Notes: a model not told the origin generated them from the sequence alone. A DNA stretch of 64,000 bases from an uncultured Rhodospirillales bacterium (GCA_902763185.1 CACWQT010000005.1:4248-68247), one strand, 5' to 3'. Shown: positions 41,563-52,080, counted from the stretch's first letter. Translations and numbers: made by a program.

Positions 41563-43335
41563 TTAATGTAATTGTGTGCGATAAAGCGAGGCATAAATGC
41601 TGTTTTCTTTCTTCAACAATTCTTCATGAGAGCCGATTTCTGCAATTTTACCATAGTTTACTACCACAATCTTTGTTGCATTACGGACAGTTGACAGTCT
41701 GTGTGCAATAATGAATACGGTTCTATCTACCATTAAGTTATCAATTGCCTGTTGCACAATCGCTTCAGATTTATTATCAAGAGCTGAAGTCGCCTCATCC
41801 AAAATGATAATCGGCGCGTTCTTAATAAAAGCGCGTGCAATGGCGATTCGTTGCTTTTGTCCGCCAGAAAGGAGCACTCCCCGCTCACCGATTTCTGTAT
41901 CTAGACCTTTTTCTAAAGAATTAATAAACTCTTCTAAACAAGCACACTTAACCGCTTTCTGCACTTCTTCCTCACTGGCCTTTTCATTACCGAGTAAAAT
42001 ATTCTCTCGGATAGTGCCGCCAAATAAGAAGTTATCTTGGAATACAATCGCGATATTATCCCTTAGCGAATTCATATCAAGTTTACGAATATCCACCCCA
42101 TCAATTAGAATTTCACCACTTGTCACATCATAAAAACGCGGTAACAAGTTAACAAGCGTGGATTTTCCGCCACCGGAGTTTCCTACAAAGGCAATGGTTT
42201 CCCCAATCTTGATATCTAAATTAATATGTTCAAGCACAGGTTTACCTTTTTCATACTCAAAGCAAACATCTTTGTATTCAATATTATGCTGCGGTTTACG
42301 CATGGTCTGCGGGTTATCGCAGTTGCGAACATCAGGAATTGTTTCCAATAAACTAAACACACGCTCCATTGCTAAAATGGCCATCTGCACACTGTTAAAG
42401 TTATTACCGATACTCTTAATCGGGTTATAAAGCATAATAAGAGCGGCAATAAACGAGACAAAGCTACCGGCAGTTAACTGATGCGTAACAATCAAATAGG
42501 AGCCGAGCCAAATCACCAATGCAATTCCGAGAGATACGATAAAGTGCATCAAAGGCGAAAGCATACCGGTACGCTGAATCATTTTCATACCGATTTTAAA
42601 CACACTGTCGAGCGTCGCGCGAAAACGCTGATTTTGATAATCATACAGATTATAAGAAGATATAATTCGGTTACCGCTATATGTTTCATTAAAATGCGTC
42701 ACCACTGCAGAACCGGAAAATACCGCCTGTCCCATCAGATTTTTAATTCTTTTGCGCACTCTAGTTAGTGGAAATAGGGCTGCCAACAAGACAAGAGTCG
42801 CAACAATGGCTAATTGCCACGAGTTGTAAAATAGCACCCCGATTAAAGAAATAGAAGAAAACAATCTGGTCGTAAACAGTTTCAGGTTATTTAAAAGTCC
42901 TCCGCAAGCCATATCAACATCGTTACTGAAACGGAAAACCACATCTCCTGATTTTGTCTTGTCAAAAAAAGCAGCATTATAATGCATCAGCTTGTAAAAT
43001 AAGTCTTTTTTTACATCCATAGAAATTTTTTGCCCAACCCATGTATTCAAATAAGTTGCCGCATAAGTCAAAAGGCTTTGTAAAGAGCTGAAAACAATAA
43101 TAAGGATAGGAATCCATGCCGTTGAGCCACCTAAAAAGGTGTTCTTTTCCACCATAACTACATCCATATAAGGCTTTAAGGCCCATGCAATCACGGCATC
43201 CATCGCACCAATCGGCATCGTAATCAAAACAGCCACAAGCGCCCGAACCCAATAAGGTTTAACATAAGGCAACATTTTTTTGTAATTAACAACGATATTA
43301 AGACTTAAAAACTTAGCTTTTAATTTCTGAAACAT
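41563..43335 (-). CDS. ABC transporter, fused permease/ATPase (MsbA-like exporter)
   Basis: Six-TM N-terminal domain, Walker A 'GNSGGGKST', signature 'LSGGQKQR' and Walker B 'IIILDEATSALD'. Confidence 0.88.
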   Translation of the reverse strand: MFQKLKAKFLSLNIVVNYKKMLPYVKPYWVRALVAVLITMPIGAMDAVIAWALKPYMDVVMVEKNTFLGGSTAWIPILIIVFSSLQSLLTYAATYLNTWVGQKISMDVKKDLFYKLMHYNAAFFDKTKSGDVVFRFSNDVDMACGGLLNNLKLFTTRLFSSISLIGVLFYNSWQLAIVATLVLLAALFPLTRVRKRIKNLMGQAVFSGSAVVTHFNETYSGNRIISSYNLYDYQNQRFRATLDSVFKIGMKMIQRTGMLSPLMHFIVSLGIALVIWLGSYLIVTHQLTAGSFVSFIAALIMLYNPIKSIGNNFNSVQMAILAMERVFSLLETIPDVRNCDNPQTMRKPQHNIEYKDVCFEYEKGKPVLEHINLDIKIGETIAFVGNSGGGKSTLVNLLPRFYDVTSGEILIDGVDIRKLDMNSLRDNIAIVFQDNFLFGGTIRENILLGNEKASEEEVQKAVKCACLEEFINSLEKGLDTEIGERGVLLSGGQKQRIAIARAFIKNAPIIILDEATSALDNKSEAIVQQAIDNLMVDRTVFIIAHRLSTVRNATKIVVVNYGKIAEIGSHEELLKKENSIYASLYRTQLH

Positions 43336-43426
43336 TAATCTTCCTAAAACAAGTATCAGCGAATAACACAGCCTATGTAACAGAAAATTTGTAAGATGTA
43401 AACAAAAAAATAAGGTTATAAAATTA

Positions 43427-43453
43427 AAGCCGCATCATGGACAATGCGGCTTA
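43427..43453 (-). terminator. Intrinsic terminator after cspA
   Basis: aagccgcat / atgcggctt stem. Confidence 0.6.
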
Positions 43454-43463
43454 AAAATAATAG

Positions 43464-43667
43464 TTATAAAAGCTCAATGGCTCCGGCGGCGGTTCGTCCG
43501 CGGTCATCATAAATTTCGTAGCTGACACGTTGACCTTCATATAATTTGCGCAACCCTTTTTCTTCTAATTTAGTGATATGCACAAATACATCCTTTCCGC
43601 CGTTTTCGGGTTGAATGAATCCATAGCCCTTACGGGAGTTAAACCATTTTACAGTTCCTATTGTCAT
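43464..43667 (-). CDS. cspA: Cold-shock protein
   Basis: 'GTVKWFNSRKGYGFI' (RNP1) and 'VFVHIT' (RNP2). 67 aa, with a long upstream leader. Confidence 0.93.
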   Translation of the reverse strand: MTIGTVKWFNSRKGYGFIQPENGGKDVFVHITKLEEKGLRKLYEGQRVSYEIYDDRGRTAAGAIELL

Positions 43668-43827
43668 ATTATCTCCTAACGATAAAAAAGTTTAAAATTC
43701 TACGGTTGGCAATCCAACCAATATAATTATATAGTTCTATATTATTTATAATCAATAAATATTCACACTAAAAAATTGTATTTATTTCAATTGATTTCAA
43801 AAAAGTAAAAAATAACAGTAAAAACAG

Positions 43828-44178
43828 TTATATCTCATCCAATTGTTGCTTAATGAACTCGCGGAATTTCGGGTTAATACTCTTGTCATGCGATTTATCT
43901 TGCAAGATGGCCACTATATCATCACGATACTGCTTTTTATTGAGAGCAATTTTCACCAGATAATAAACAGTCCCTTCAAAAATCTGCTTTTCTTCATTTT
44001 CTAAGCCGGAAAGAATAGATTGATAAGTCGGCGTAAAAGTCTTTTGGATTTCCGCTTGAGAAAGAGCATACGCCGCTTTTTGGATTTTTTCAGCCTCAAT
44101 CGGGGTAATCTCACCGGCTCGTCTACTGAAAAATTCTTTAATTTTTGTCAGCATAGAAGAATTTATCGCTTCGCTCAT
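43828..44178 (-). CDS. Hypothetical helical protein (116 aa)
   Basis: ORF with AAAGGA placed before ATG 44178. No motif recognised. Confidence 0.5.
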   Translation of the reverse strand: MSEAINSSMLTKIKEFFSRRAGEITPIEAEKIQKAAYALSQAEIQKTFTPTYQSILSGLENEEKQIFEGTVYYLVKIALNKKQYRDDIVAILQDKSHDKSINPKFREFIKQQLDEI

Positions 44179-44350
44179 AACAGATCCTTTCATTATTCAC
44201 ATACTTAACATAAAGGAATGAATTATGTTTTGACAACCGAATTTTCCAGTTTATCAAACAAAAAATCCTAAAGACAAAGCTTTAGGATTTCTTGTGATAT
44301 CCGGATATTATACTCTGCGATATATAGCATTATGTCCGATAAATGATACT

Positions 44351-45163
44351 TTATTTTTTGGCAGTTAAAAAACTGAAGCTCACATTTTCTTCTTCGGTCA
44401 CGCGAGGTAGGACTTTTTTATCGCTAAAATAAAGTCCTAATACTTTGTATTCACCATCATTTTTTAAGACAATGTATTGATTGGCAAACAAAGCATTTTT
44501 GCCTGTTTTATCAAGCACATTCACATGGTCAAAGAAACACTTATCCGCATGATAAATGGCAAACTCTGCACCATTTAAAATTGACACGATTTTCTTATTA
44601 AAATAATGTCCGTCTCTGATAAATGCTGTTTCACCGATGCGCATACCGAGTTTCTGCTCACCGGAATTTGTATTGCACAAATTATGCCAACAAGCAGGAT
44701 CTTCAGCTAACGTAAACAAAAAAAACTTAGCCTTTCCGTAAGTTAACAAGCAGTAATTTCTAATTAGCAATTTACTTTTGCTTGCACCATAATAACTATT
44801 GCGGCAGGAATGATTAACCACGGTCATCTTATATGTATTATGTTTCCGTTTATATAAGTAAACTTGTTGCGAAAAAACTTCACGTCCATTCTCTCGCGTG
44901 ACCAACTTATAATAATCATCGGCGCCGATAATCACATCAATAAAAGCAAGCAAAATGCAAATAACAGAGGAGATGCTTAACACATCAAAGGCCATATCTA
45001 TATGAGATATGCCCGTCGGCTTTAAGCTTTGCATGCACCAGACACACAGAACTACAACAACAAAACCCACCCACACTTCATGGTGGATAAGTAAGCTTTT
45101 CCAACCGTCTTTTCTCATAAAACGGTGCGCTCTCCAAGAGCAGATAGACTTAAATAATCCCAT
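44351..45163 (-). CDS. Hypothetical membrane-anchored protein (270 aa)
   Basis: Two N-terminal TM segments followed by a Cys/Tyr-containing soluble domain. No motif recognised. Confidence 0.5.
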   Translation of the reverse strand: MGLFKSICSWRAHRFMRKDGWKSLLIHHEVWVGFVVVVLCVWCMQSLKPTGISHIDMAFDVLSISSVICILLAFIDVIIGADDYYKLVTRENGREVFSQQVYLYKRKHNTYKMTVVNHSCRNSYYGASKSKLLIRNYCLLTYGKAKFFLFTLAEDPACWHNLCNTNSGEQKLGMRIGETAFIRDGHYFNKKIVSILNGAEFAIYHADKCFFDHVNVLDKTGKNALFANQYIVLKNDGEYKVLGLYFSDKKVLPRVTEEENVSFSFLTAKK

Positions 45164-45269
45164 ACGCTAAAATAATTTAAATTAGACATAATTGTTTGTT
45201 ATTTGGACACTCAATATAACGAGAAATATGCTTTAGTCAATAGAAAGTACTAAAAAAATTATTTTACAT

Positions 45270-46193
45270 TTATTTCATTTTCCGCTTCATTACTTCGAAT
45301 AATTCGGCAATTTTTTGTGCTTGGCTTTGGGTATTCCATTGTTTGGCTATATCATATAACGCGGCACGACGTTCTTTGACCAATGACGGATTGCTTAAGA
45401 ACATTCGCGCCTTAGATAAAAATTCTTGCTCGTTTGCATACATGAGTAATGTATTCCTAAATATCTTGGCTATACCGTTATTATACCGAACATACGGAAG
45501 CCCTCCTGCTCTAAGAACAGTAAGAATACGACGATTAATCTGTTCTAGAGCAATTTCTTCATCACTTTGGTCAACTAATACCAAACTATATGATGCAAAA
45601 TCTTTATTTTTAGGCGTTTCTTTTAAGGCATCAGTATAACCTTTACCGAATATATCAAAGTTAAGGTGAGCAATATTGGCTAAATGTTGCGCTAAAGAAA
45701 AATCTGTTTTGTCTCCATAATACATCACTTTGCCGTTAGGCGTATCGGCATTATAAGCTTCAATATCTATTGCATCAGGAATATAGGCCGTTCGCATATT
45801 AACTGCTTTGAGGTGCGAAAAAGAAGCAAAGCTCTTGACCACAATCACATCATATGCCCGAAGTGTTTCCGGCTTGTTTTCAATTATGTTTGGCAACCAC
45901 AAAAGATTAATCGCTTTACTGTCAACAACTATCGGTAAATTGCCCAGTTGATTATTGTTTGCCGCATATAGATTAAACAGTCCGCTCTTGAAGTTATCTT
46001 TATGAGATAAAACAGTGCGATATCCCTCGTTATTAAGAGCTTTTGCGAGCTTTCTTAAATTTTCAAAAGACACATCATCATTAGCGTTTAAATAAATCGT
46101 ATCTGCTTTTGTGTATTTGGGCATCAAATAAACGTAGCCACAAACCGCACATAAGACAATAGCAATAAAGAGACTAAGTATAACTTTTTTCAT
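45270..46193 (-). CDS. CgeB-like (Glyco_trans_1_2-type) protein with an N-terminal anchor
   Basis: N-terminal TM segment. The C-terminal part 'RRILTVLRAGGLPYVRYNNGIAKIFRNTLLMYANEQEFLSKARMFLSNP' parallels the C-terminal halves of the neighbouring 664-aa protein. Its start overlaps the upstream gene by 4 nt. Confidence 0.5.
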   Translation of the reverse strand: MKKVILSLFIAIVLCAVCGYVYLMPKYTKADTIYLNANDDVSFENLRKLAKALNNEGYRTVLSHKDNFKSGLFNLYAANNNQLGNLPIVVDSKAINLLWLPNIIENKPETLRAYDVIVVKSFASFSHLKAVNMRTAYIPDAIDIEAYNADTPNGKVMYYGDKTDFSLAQHLANIAHLNFDIFGKGYTDALKETPKNKDFASYSLVLVDQSDEEIALEQINRRILTVLRAGGLPYVRYNNGIAKIFRNTLLMYANEQEFLSKARMFLSNPSLVKERRAALYDIAKQWNTQSQAQKIAELFEVMKRKMK

Positions 46194-48184
46194 TTTTTGA
46201 CCTCATTTAAAAGAGAAAACAAATCTTTTATGTTTTGCCCAATCTTGGCATTGGTATAATTTTTTAAGGTTATCGCCTGCGCCGCCATAGCTTTCTCTTG
46301 CCGAGCCTTCGGGTGCGCTAAGTAAAAATCAACCAACTCCTTAAATTCTTGCTTATCCTTAAACATCGGGATTGTATCGCCAAAAATTTCTTTAATATAT
46401 GGGCTATATTCAGAAATGACAAATGCACCGGTAGCGGTGGCATCAAACAGGCGATTGACAACCAATCCCATTGCCCCTAAATCTTCGGCATGGTCACTTA
46501 AAACAATCTTTGCCGAGCTGTAATAGCGGTGCAATTCTTGATTATCTATAAACGAGCCTTTAAGATATTTGGGATCAATTTTTCCCTCCCAATTAAGCCC
46601 ATAGACCGATAAATCATATCCGAGCTCTGCGGCATATCGTGCACTGACGCGGTCATACCAAGTAGATCCGACAAACAGTAAATCTGTTTTAAGCTCATCA
46701 TCGGGCTCATAATGGAACTTTTGTGGATTCGTAAATTGTGGCACAAAGGTGGTTTTATATCCGCGCGCTTTAAGTTCTCTGTAAACGGCTTTGGCCGGTG
46801 TTGCAATCATATCAAAATATTCAAGTTCGTTGCTTAAGAAAGCATCAGTATTATAGATAAATTTATCCTCGCTATTCTTAAACTTGCCACGCTCTGGGAT
46901 AAAAGTCGGAAAATAAAGATATAAAATGCTCGTTTTATCTGCAACGCTCGGCTCTATATGGTTAAACTTAAACTGCATATATAGGAGATTTTGCGCTTGC
47001 TGATAAAAAGAATCTTTGTTAAACCCGTTATGGTAATAATAGCTTTTAACCTCTAAACCGCTTGCTTTTAACCCTTCTTCCAAATCCAGCCCCAGCCAAT
47101 AATCACCAATATATGAGCTTTGTTCATCCCACGGAAACTGTAACACTAATTTATTCGTATCTTTTAGATTCTCTGTTTTTTTAAGTGCTGTAAAAATATT
47201 TCTTGCCGCCACTTCATTGGTAAAATATTTGAGTGTAATTTGTTGTGCGGCTTTAGCCTTTTTAGCTCTTTCTTCCGGATGAGAAAGATAATAAGTTAAA
47301 AGTTCCGCTAATTCTTCTTTGGTCTTAAACATAGGAATAGAAGCGCCATAAAATTGCTCAATCTCCGGCATATAGTCTGAGATGAGAAATCCGCCACTTG
47401 CTGTTACATCAAATACACGATTACTGATAAATCCATCAGCCTTCATATCTGATCTTGTATCGTTTAAGACAATTTTTGCCGAAGCATAATATTTATGTAA
47501 TTCTTGGTTATCTATGTAACTACCATGGTAGTATTTAAGCGGAGCCTTATTTTGCCAACCATCGCCATACAAAGCTACATCAAATCCGCTTTCAATAGCC
47601 CACAGGGCGCTGATTCGTTCATACCCTGGTCGTCCGACAAATAAAATATCATGCGCCACTTTTTTATCATACTCATAATAAAATTTTTGCGGATTGGTAA
47701 ATTGCGGCACAAATACGGTTTTGATACCCAACCGCTCTATTTCTTTTTGGTAGACAGGCGAAGCAACTGCAATCAAATCATAATCCCAAAGCTCTGTCTG
47801 CAGCGAATACCATTCCGGCTCACGAATATTTTCAATATTCTTAAATTTTTCAGTGTTCGCTGTTTCAAGCGGATAATAAAGATACAAAACCTTAAGCTTC
47901 TCATCTTTGGACGGATTAAACGGAATAAAACCGTGCATATAAATATCTATATCGGTAGCTTGACTGCCTTCGGGATAATAATTGCCGATATAAGCCGGTT
48001 TGACTTGGTGCCCTAATGCCTCAATACCGGATTTTAAATCTTGTCCTAAAATATAATCCCCCCATGTCTTCCAACTTTCTGCTGCGGAAATTTTTAATCC
48101 GATATCAAGCGCAAAAACCGGCACGCAATAAAATTCTATAATTAAGGTAAATCCTAAAGATATAACCTTTAAGAACTTCTTCAT
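46190..48184 (-). CDS. Tandem-duplicated CgeB-like glycosyltransferase (two full modules in one 664-aa protein)
   Basis: Both halves contain 'FVPQFTNPQKF.YE', 'LFVG...Y.R.SA', 'SYIDNQELH.YY.SAKIVL.D', 'NR.FD.TA.G.F.IS.Y.P.I...FG..IPMFK.K.E...L..YYL.HP..R..KA.AAQ'. N-terminal signal/anchor. Confidence 0.7.
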   Translation of the reverse strand: MKKFLKVISLGFTLIIEFYCVPVFALDIGLKISAAESWKTWGDYILGQDLKSGIEALGHQVKPAYIGNYYPEGSQATDIDIYMHGFIPFNPSKDEKLKVLYLYYPLETANTEKFKNIENIREPEWYSLQTELWDYDLIAVASPVYQKEIERLGIKTVFVPQFTNPQKFYYEYDKKVAHDILFVGRPGYERISALWAIESGFDVALYGDGWQNKAPLKYYHGSYIDNQELHKYYASAKIVLNDTRSDMKADGFISNRVFDVTASGGFLISDYMPEIEQFYGASIPMFKTKEELAELLTYYLSHPEERAKKAKAAQQITLKYFTNEVAARNIFTALKKTENLKDTNKLVLQFPWDEQSSYIGDYWLGLDLEEGLKASGLEVKSYYYHNGFNKDSFYQQAQNLLYMQFKFNHIEPSVADKTSILYLYFPTFIPERGKFKNSEDKFIYNTDAFLSNELEYFDMIATPAKAVYRELKARGYKTTFVPQFTNPQKFHYEPDDELKTDLLFVGSTWYDRVSARYAAELGYDLSVYGLNWEGKIDPKYLKGSFIDNQELHRYYSSAKIVLSDHAEDLGAMGLVVNRLFDATATGAFVISEYSPYIKEIFGDTIPMFKDKQEFKELVDFYLAHPKARQEKAMAAQAITLKNYTNAKIGQNIKDLFSLLNEVKK

Positions 48185-49575
48185 CAGCGCTTATCTCCTA
48201 CATTCATGAGCGACCCTTTCGCCTTAACATTATACTTGTAGATATTGCAAATAAGCCATATACCGATTGGGATAAAGACCAACATATAAATCCAAAAGAT
48301 ATCGATAACTTCAATTTTCATACCCTCGCTTTCATGCTTGAGTAAAAATTTGGGAGCCATTAACACGAGCGAAGTTAAGAGCCTTCCCGTCATCATATTA
48401 ACCGACGATGATAGCGAACGAATTTTAGGTTCAATCAAGCGATGGAGTCGGCTGATATGCGCGATTGTAAACATGAGTTGCAAACCGATACAGATACACA
48501 AAAAGATAATAAAGCCCAAACAATAAATCGGAGGAATAGTACCCATCCGCATCAGAATAAACGAAAGTGAGCAACCGACGATTTCCATCACAAACGAAAT
48601 CACACCGAGCTTAAACAGTGAAACCTTGTTGGCAACTGCGGCAGCATAGTAGCTAAATGACGAGCGGATAAGGTTGTTGATAAAAATAACCACGCCCATA
48701 ACCTTGATGAAATCCAACCAATCCAAGGCAACAATATAATTCCATACGGTTTCACCAAATACGCGCGCATCCCACCCCATTGTATCAGACAGGTCTGTGA
48801 GTGATACTTTAGGGTTAATACCGGAGTTCTTCATTAAAGGCTGAAAGCTCCAAAAGAAAAAGTGCGATACGCCGACCATAAAGCCTGAAAAGATAACTAA
48901 ATAACGATATGTTTTTGATTTTAAAATATATTTGACGGCATACCAGAAATTCGCAAGTCGTTCCTTAAACGAGGCAATAACTTCACGAGATGGAATATGA
49001 GCATTTGGTAAAAACGCAAGTAACACAACCGCTGTTGAATAAATCACAAATTCCCCGATAAGTAAAACCTGAGAACCGAATTTTTCATACAAACCGGCAC
49101 CGATTAAAGCTGCAATTCCTGTTCCCAAATACATTGCGGCATTGAAATTAGAATAAGCTTTGACCATTTTCTGTTCTTCTTTGTTCTTTTTTAAGATATC
49201 AAAGATAAATGAAGAAGAAACTGAATCAAAACAAGCTTTAGAACAAGAATACAAAAATTCCCCGATAAGAATAATTTCAAATCCTCTGAAAAATATCCAA
49301 AGCGCTAACCGACACAAGAACAGCACATAAGCGGTAATGAGAATATATTTTCGTGGGAATTTGTCCCCCAAATAACCTGCCGGAATTTCAAATAAAAAGG
49401 CAAAAAAGACTATTAACCCTTGAATAAGATAAAAATCACTGACAGTCAAACCGTTTTCTTGGTAAAAAAACAATAATACCGGTAACAAATATATTTGCGA
49501 ACGTAAGAACGCCGCGGTGTTATACATGGCAAGCGGTAAGGATGACTTTAATTTACTCATAATTTTATATCTCAA
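48184..49575 (-). CDS. MFS transporter
   Basis: About 12 TM segments. The MFS loop motif 'GYLGDKFPRKY' is present. Its stop overlaps the start of the downstream GT gene (same operon). Confidence 0.65.
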   Translation of the reverse strand: MRYKIMSKLKSSLPLAMYNTAAFLRSQIYLLPVLLFFYQENGLTVSDFYLIQGLIVFFAFLFEIPAGYLGDKFPRKYILITAYVLFLCRLALWIFFRGFEIILIGEFLYSCSKACFDSVSSSFIFDILKKNKEEQKMVKAYSNFNAAMYLGTGIAALIGAGLYEKFGSQVLLIGEFVIYSTAVVLLAFLPNAHIPSREVIASFKERLANFWYAVKYILKSKTYRYLVIFSGFMVGVSHFFFWSFQPLMKNSGINPKVSLTDLSDTMGWDARVFGETVWNYIVALDWLDFIKVMGVVIFINNLIRSSFSYYAAAVANKVSLFKLGVISFVMEIVGCSLSFILMRMGTIPPIYCLGFIIFLCICIGLQLMFTIAHISRLHRLIEPKIRSLSSSVNMMTGRLLTSLVLMAPKFLLKHESEGMKIEVIDIFWIYMLVFIPIGIWLICNIYKYNVKAKGSLMNVGDKR

Positions 49576-49683
49576 TAAACCTTTTTTAATAAAACCTCGT
49601 ATAAAATAAATCAGATTATTGGTTTTGTCTTGTCTTTTTTTGCAGTTATCATAGCATAATTGTATAAAATCAGAGGATATAAT

Positions 49684-50721
49684 ATGCGTAAATCTTATAA
49701 ACCGTTGCTTATTTTTTTGGGATTTTTATTCTTCTTTGCGGGATTGTGGGGAGGCTGGATTATTTCTCATTCTAAGCCATATTACTTGAGTATTGCCGCT
49801 ATTATGAAAAACGAAAAGCCCTACTTAAAAGAGTGGATAGAATATCATCGTCTAGTAGGGGTAGAGCATTTTTATCTTTGTGATAACGACAGCACCGATG
49901 GCACAAAAGAATACCTCGAACCTTATATCAAAAAAGGTCTTATTACTTATATTGAACTTCCGGGAGAGAATAAACAGCTGGTTTGTTATGATAAAATTGT
50001 TAAAGAAAATAAAGATAAAACCACCTGGCTTGCACTTATTGATTTAGATGAGTTCCTTGTTCCACTTAAAGCTAAAAATATGCCGCAATTTTTAAAAGAA
50101 TTCGAAGATGTTTCAGAAGTGAGCCTGTATTGGATGAATTATGGCGATAATCATATCTTTAAGCGAGAAAACGGATTGGTTACAGAAGCCTTTAGAGCGC
50201 ACGGCAAAGCTCTGAACCACACCGTGAAATCTATTATTCGCCCTGATAAAGTAATAGATTTTAATGATAAATGGTCTAACCATTGGGTAAAGGTTGAAGG
50301 CAAAGCTGTTAACGAAAATCATCAGCCTGTGAACTATATGTTAGGTTTCAATATTTCAGGAGATAAAGCTCGGGTAAATCATTACATTATCAAATCTTTT
50401 AGCGAGTTTATGTTCAAAAAAACACGTGGTCACCCCGATCGTTCCAGGGTAGATTACGGTTATTATTTTTATCACAACGAGAACGATGTTGAAAATGATT
50501 CTGTTATGGAGCGCTTTTTGCCTCACTTAAAGAAACAAATGGCAAAAAGTCCGCTTGCAGATGTGCCACTGGAAAAGATTGAAAGTCTGCCGGACGGGTT
50601 TGATAATTTCTATTTTACACCTGAGGAAGTTGAACAAGCGCTTGGGATAAAAATTGACCATCCGCTGAGCTATAAAGAAGTTGAGTATCGTTATCATAAC
50701 CGACGCCCACAGTATAAATAA
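49684..50721 (+). CDS. Glycosyltransferase (Glyco_tranf_2_4 / GT92-like) with an N-terminal anchor
   Basis: 'IAAIMKNEKPYLKEWIEYHRLVGVEHFYLCDNDSTDGT' and 'WLALIDLDEFLVP'. The start at MRKSYK follows AGAGGA; the track start at 49660 is TTG. Confidence 0.7.
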   Translation: MRKSYKPLLIFLGFLFFFAGLWGGWIISHSKPYYLSIAAIMKNEKPYLKEWIEYHRLVGVEHFYLCDNDSTDGTKEYLEPYIKKGLITYIELPGENKQLVCYDKIVKENKDKTTWLALIDLDEFLVPLKAKNMPQFLKEFEDVSEVSLYWMNYGDNHIFKRENGLVTEAFRAHGKALNHTVKSIIRPDKVIDFNDKWSNHWVKVEGKAVNENHQPVNYMLGFNISGDKARVNHYIIKSFSEFMFKKTRGHPDRSRVDYGYYFYHNENDVENDSVMERFLPHLKKQMAKSPLADVPLEKIESLPDGFDNFYFTPEEVEQALGIKIDHPLSYKEVEYRYHNRRPQYK

Positions 50722-50843
50722 AATATTTTCAATATGATGCATGTTGTATATTGAATAAAATATATGAAAACAAATATATGTAAGGCCATCAAAAAACCGA
50801 TAAATCCTTCAAAGATTACCGGTTTTTCAAGCCATACATCAGA

Positions 50844-51227
50844 TTAAGCGATAGCTCGTGCCAGCGTTACAAGCAACGTGAAACCGACAAACGCTTCATA
50901 GATTGTTGCCCCAAAAAACGGAGATGCCAAAATCACCGCTGCCCCAAACACCGCCGCTGCCATAAAGCCTGCGTGGTAAAGCACCAACACAACACCAGCC
51001 ATAATAACCCAGTTAGCTTGCACATAAAGAACATTCTTTATTTTCCGCGCACGAAGGTTATCAACAAGGGTGTTACAAGCGCAAACCGCTACACCTGTCC
51101 AAAAGTAGGAAACGATTGTCTCCCAATTTGTGAGATGATAAAGCACACCCCACACGACCATAATCAAAGCAGTCTGAATAATCACTACTCTGGTGGCCTT
51201 CTTAAGCAAATAGATAAAGTAATGCAT
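50844..51227 (-). CDS. Small 4-TM membrane protein, unknown function
   Basis: 127-aa hydrophobic ORF flanked by terminator-like hairpins. Confidence 0.5.
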   Translation of the reverse strand: MHYFIYLLKKATRVVIIQTALIMVVWGVLYHLTNWETIVSYFWTGVAVCACNTLVDNLRARKIKNVLYVQANWVIMAGVVLVLYHAGFMAAAVFGAAVILASPFFGATIYEAFVGFTLLVTLARAIA

Positions 51228-51308
51228 AGTAATAAAGTTTACATAAATACTGTTTTTCTAAAAACTTATGTAACAACTTTTCATTTGTTTGTCAATGATT
51301 TGATAACA

Positions 51309-51335
51309 CAAAAAAACTCCGGCGAAACCGGAGTT
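51309..51335 (-). terminator. Intrinsic terminator
   Basis: aactccgg / ccggagtt stem, with a T-run on the minus strand. Confidence 0.7.
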
Positions 51336-51358
51336 CTTGATACTTCTTATGGATTATT

Positions 51359-52000
51359 CTAACGTTCTATTTGCGGTTGAACAGAAGGTGCTTCTCTTGT
51401 TTCACGCTTGATTACTGGCGCTTTCGGCTCAGGTTCGGATTTAGCCCCGGTTATCCGCTCATAAAGCTTTTGCAAGGCTGATTTTGATTTGATAACTCCA
51501 AAATGTTGTTGGCTATCTCTTTTCATTGCTTCAGCCACACCATCTTTACGGTTTCCATGTTCATCTTCAACAGGTGCTACCATACCAATCGGCTTACCGT
51601 TTGCATCAATCGGCATATTTTCTTCGTTCACACGAATAATTTTATTTCCAACCTCTTCAGTATGACCGTCGGCATAAAGCATATTAGTATCAGGCTCTAA
51701 CACAAACCAGTTGCCTTCTTTATCTTTAACAACTTGTTTTAAATTGCCTTCATCATCCTTAAAGACCAATGCGCTGAATTTATTGCCTTTTTCATCAACA
51801 AAATCCTTCTTTTCGGGTTTTATAACGGTTACACCTTCTGCTACGCGATTTTGGTTGTCAACCGGAACAACATTTGTGTCGTCTTCTTGAACACAAAACA
51901 TTTCACCGTCGGCACCGATGACAATTGTTCCTGGAGTAATATCAACAGGTTTACCGTCAATACCGGTAATCACTTGAATTGCATCATCTTTATCACTCAT
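51359..52000 (-). CDS. Hypothetical acidic protein with D-x-x-G-N/K repeats (213 aa)
   Basis: AAAGGAGAAAAC precedes ATG 52000 (MSDKDD). Repeated motifs: DGKPV, DEKGNKF, DDEGNLK, DKEGNWF, DANGKPI, DEHGNRK. Confidence 0.6.
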   Translation of the reverse strand: MSDKDDAIQVITGIDGKPVDITPGTIVIGADGEMFCVQEDDTNVVPVDNQNRVAEGVTVIKPEKKDFVDEKGNKFSALVFKDDEGNLKQVVKDKEGNWFVLEPDTNMLYADGHTEEVGNKIIRVNEENMPIDANGKPIGMVAPVEDEHGNRKDGVAEAMKRDSQQHFGVIKSKSALQKLYERITGAKSEPEPKAPVIKRETREAPSVQPQIER

Positions 52001-52080
52001 GGGTTTTCTCCTTTTTTGTTCCCTATAGACCAATTATAACTCATTTTACCATGAAGTGCAACAAAAATCGTCATATAAAC

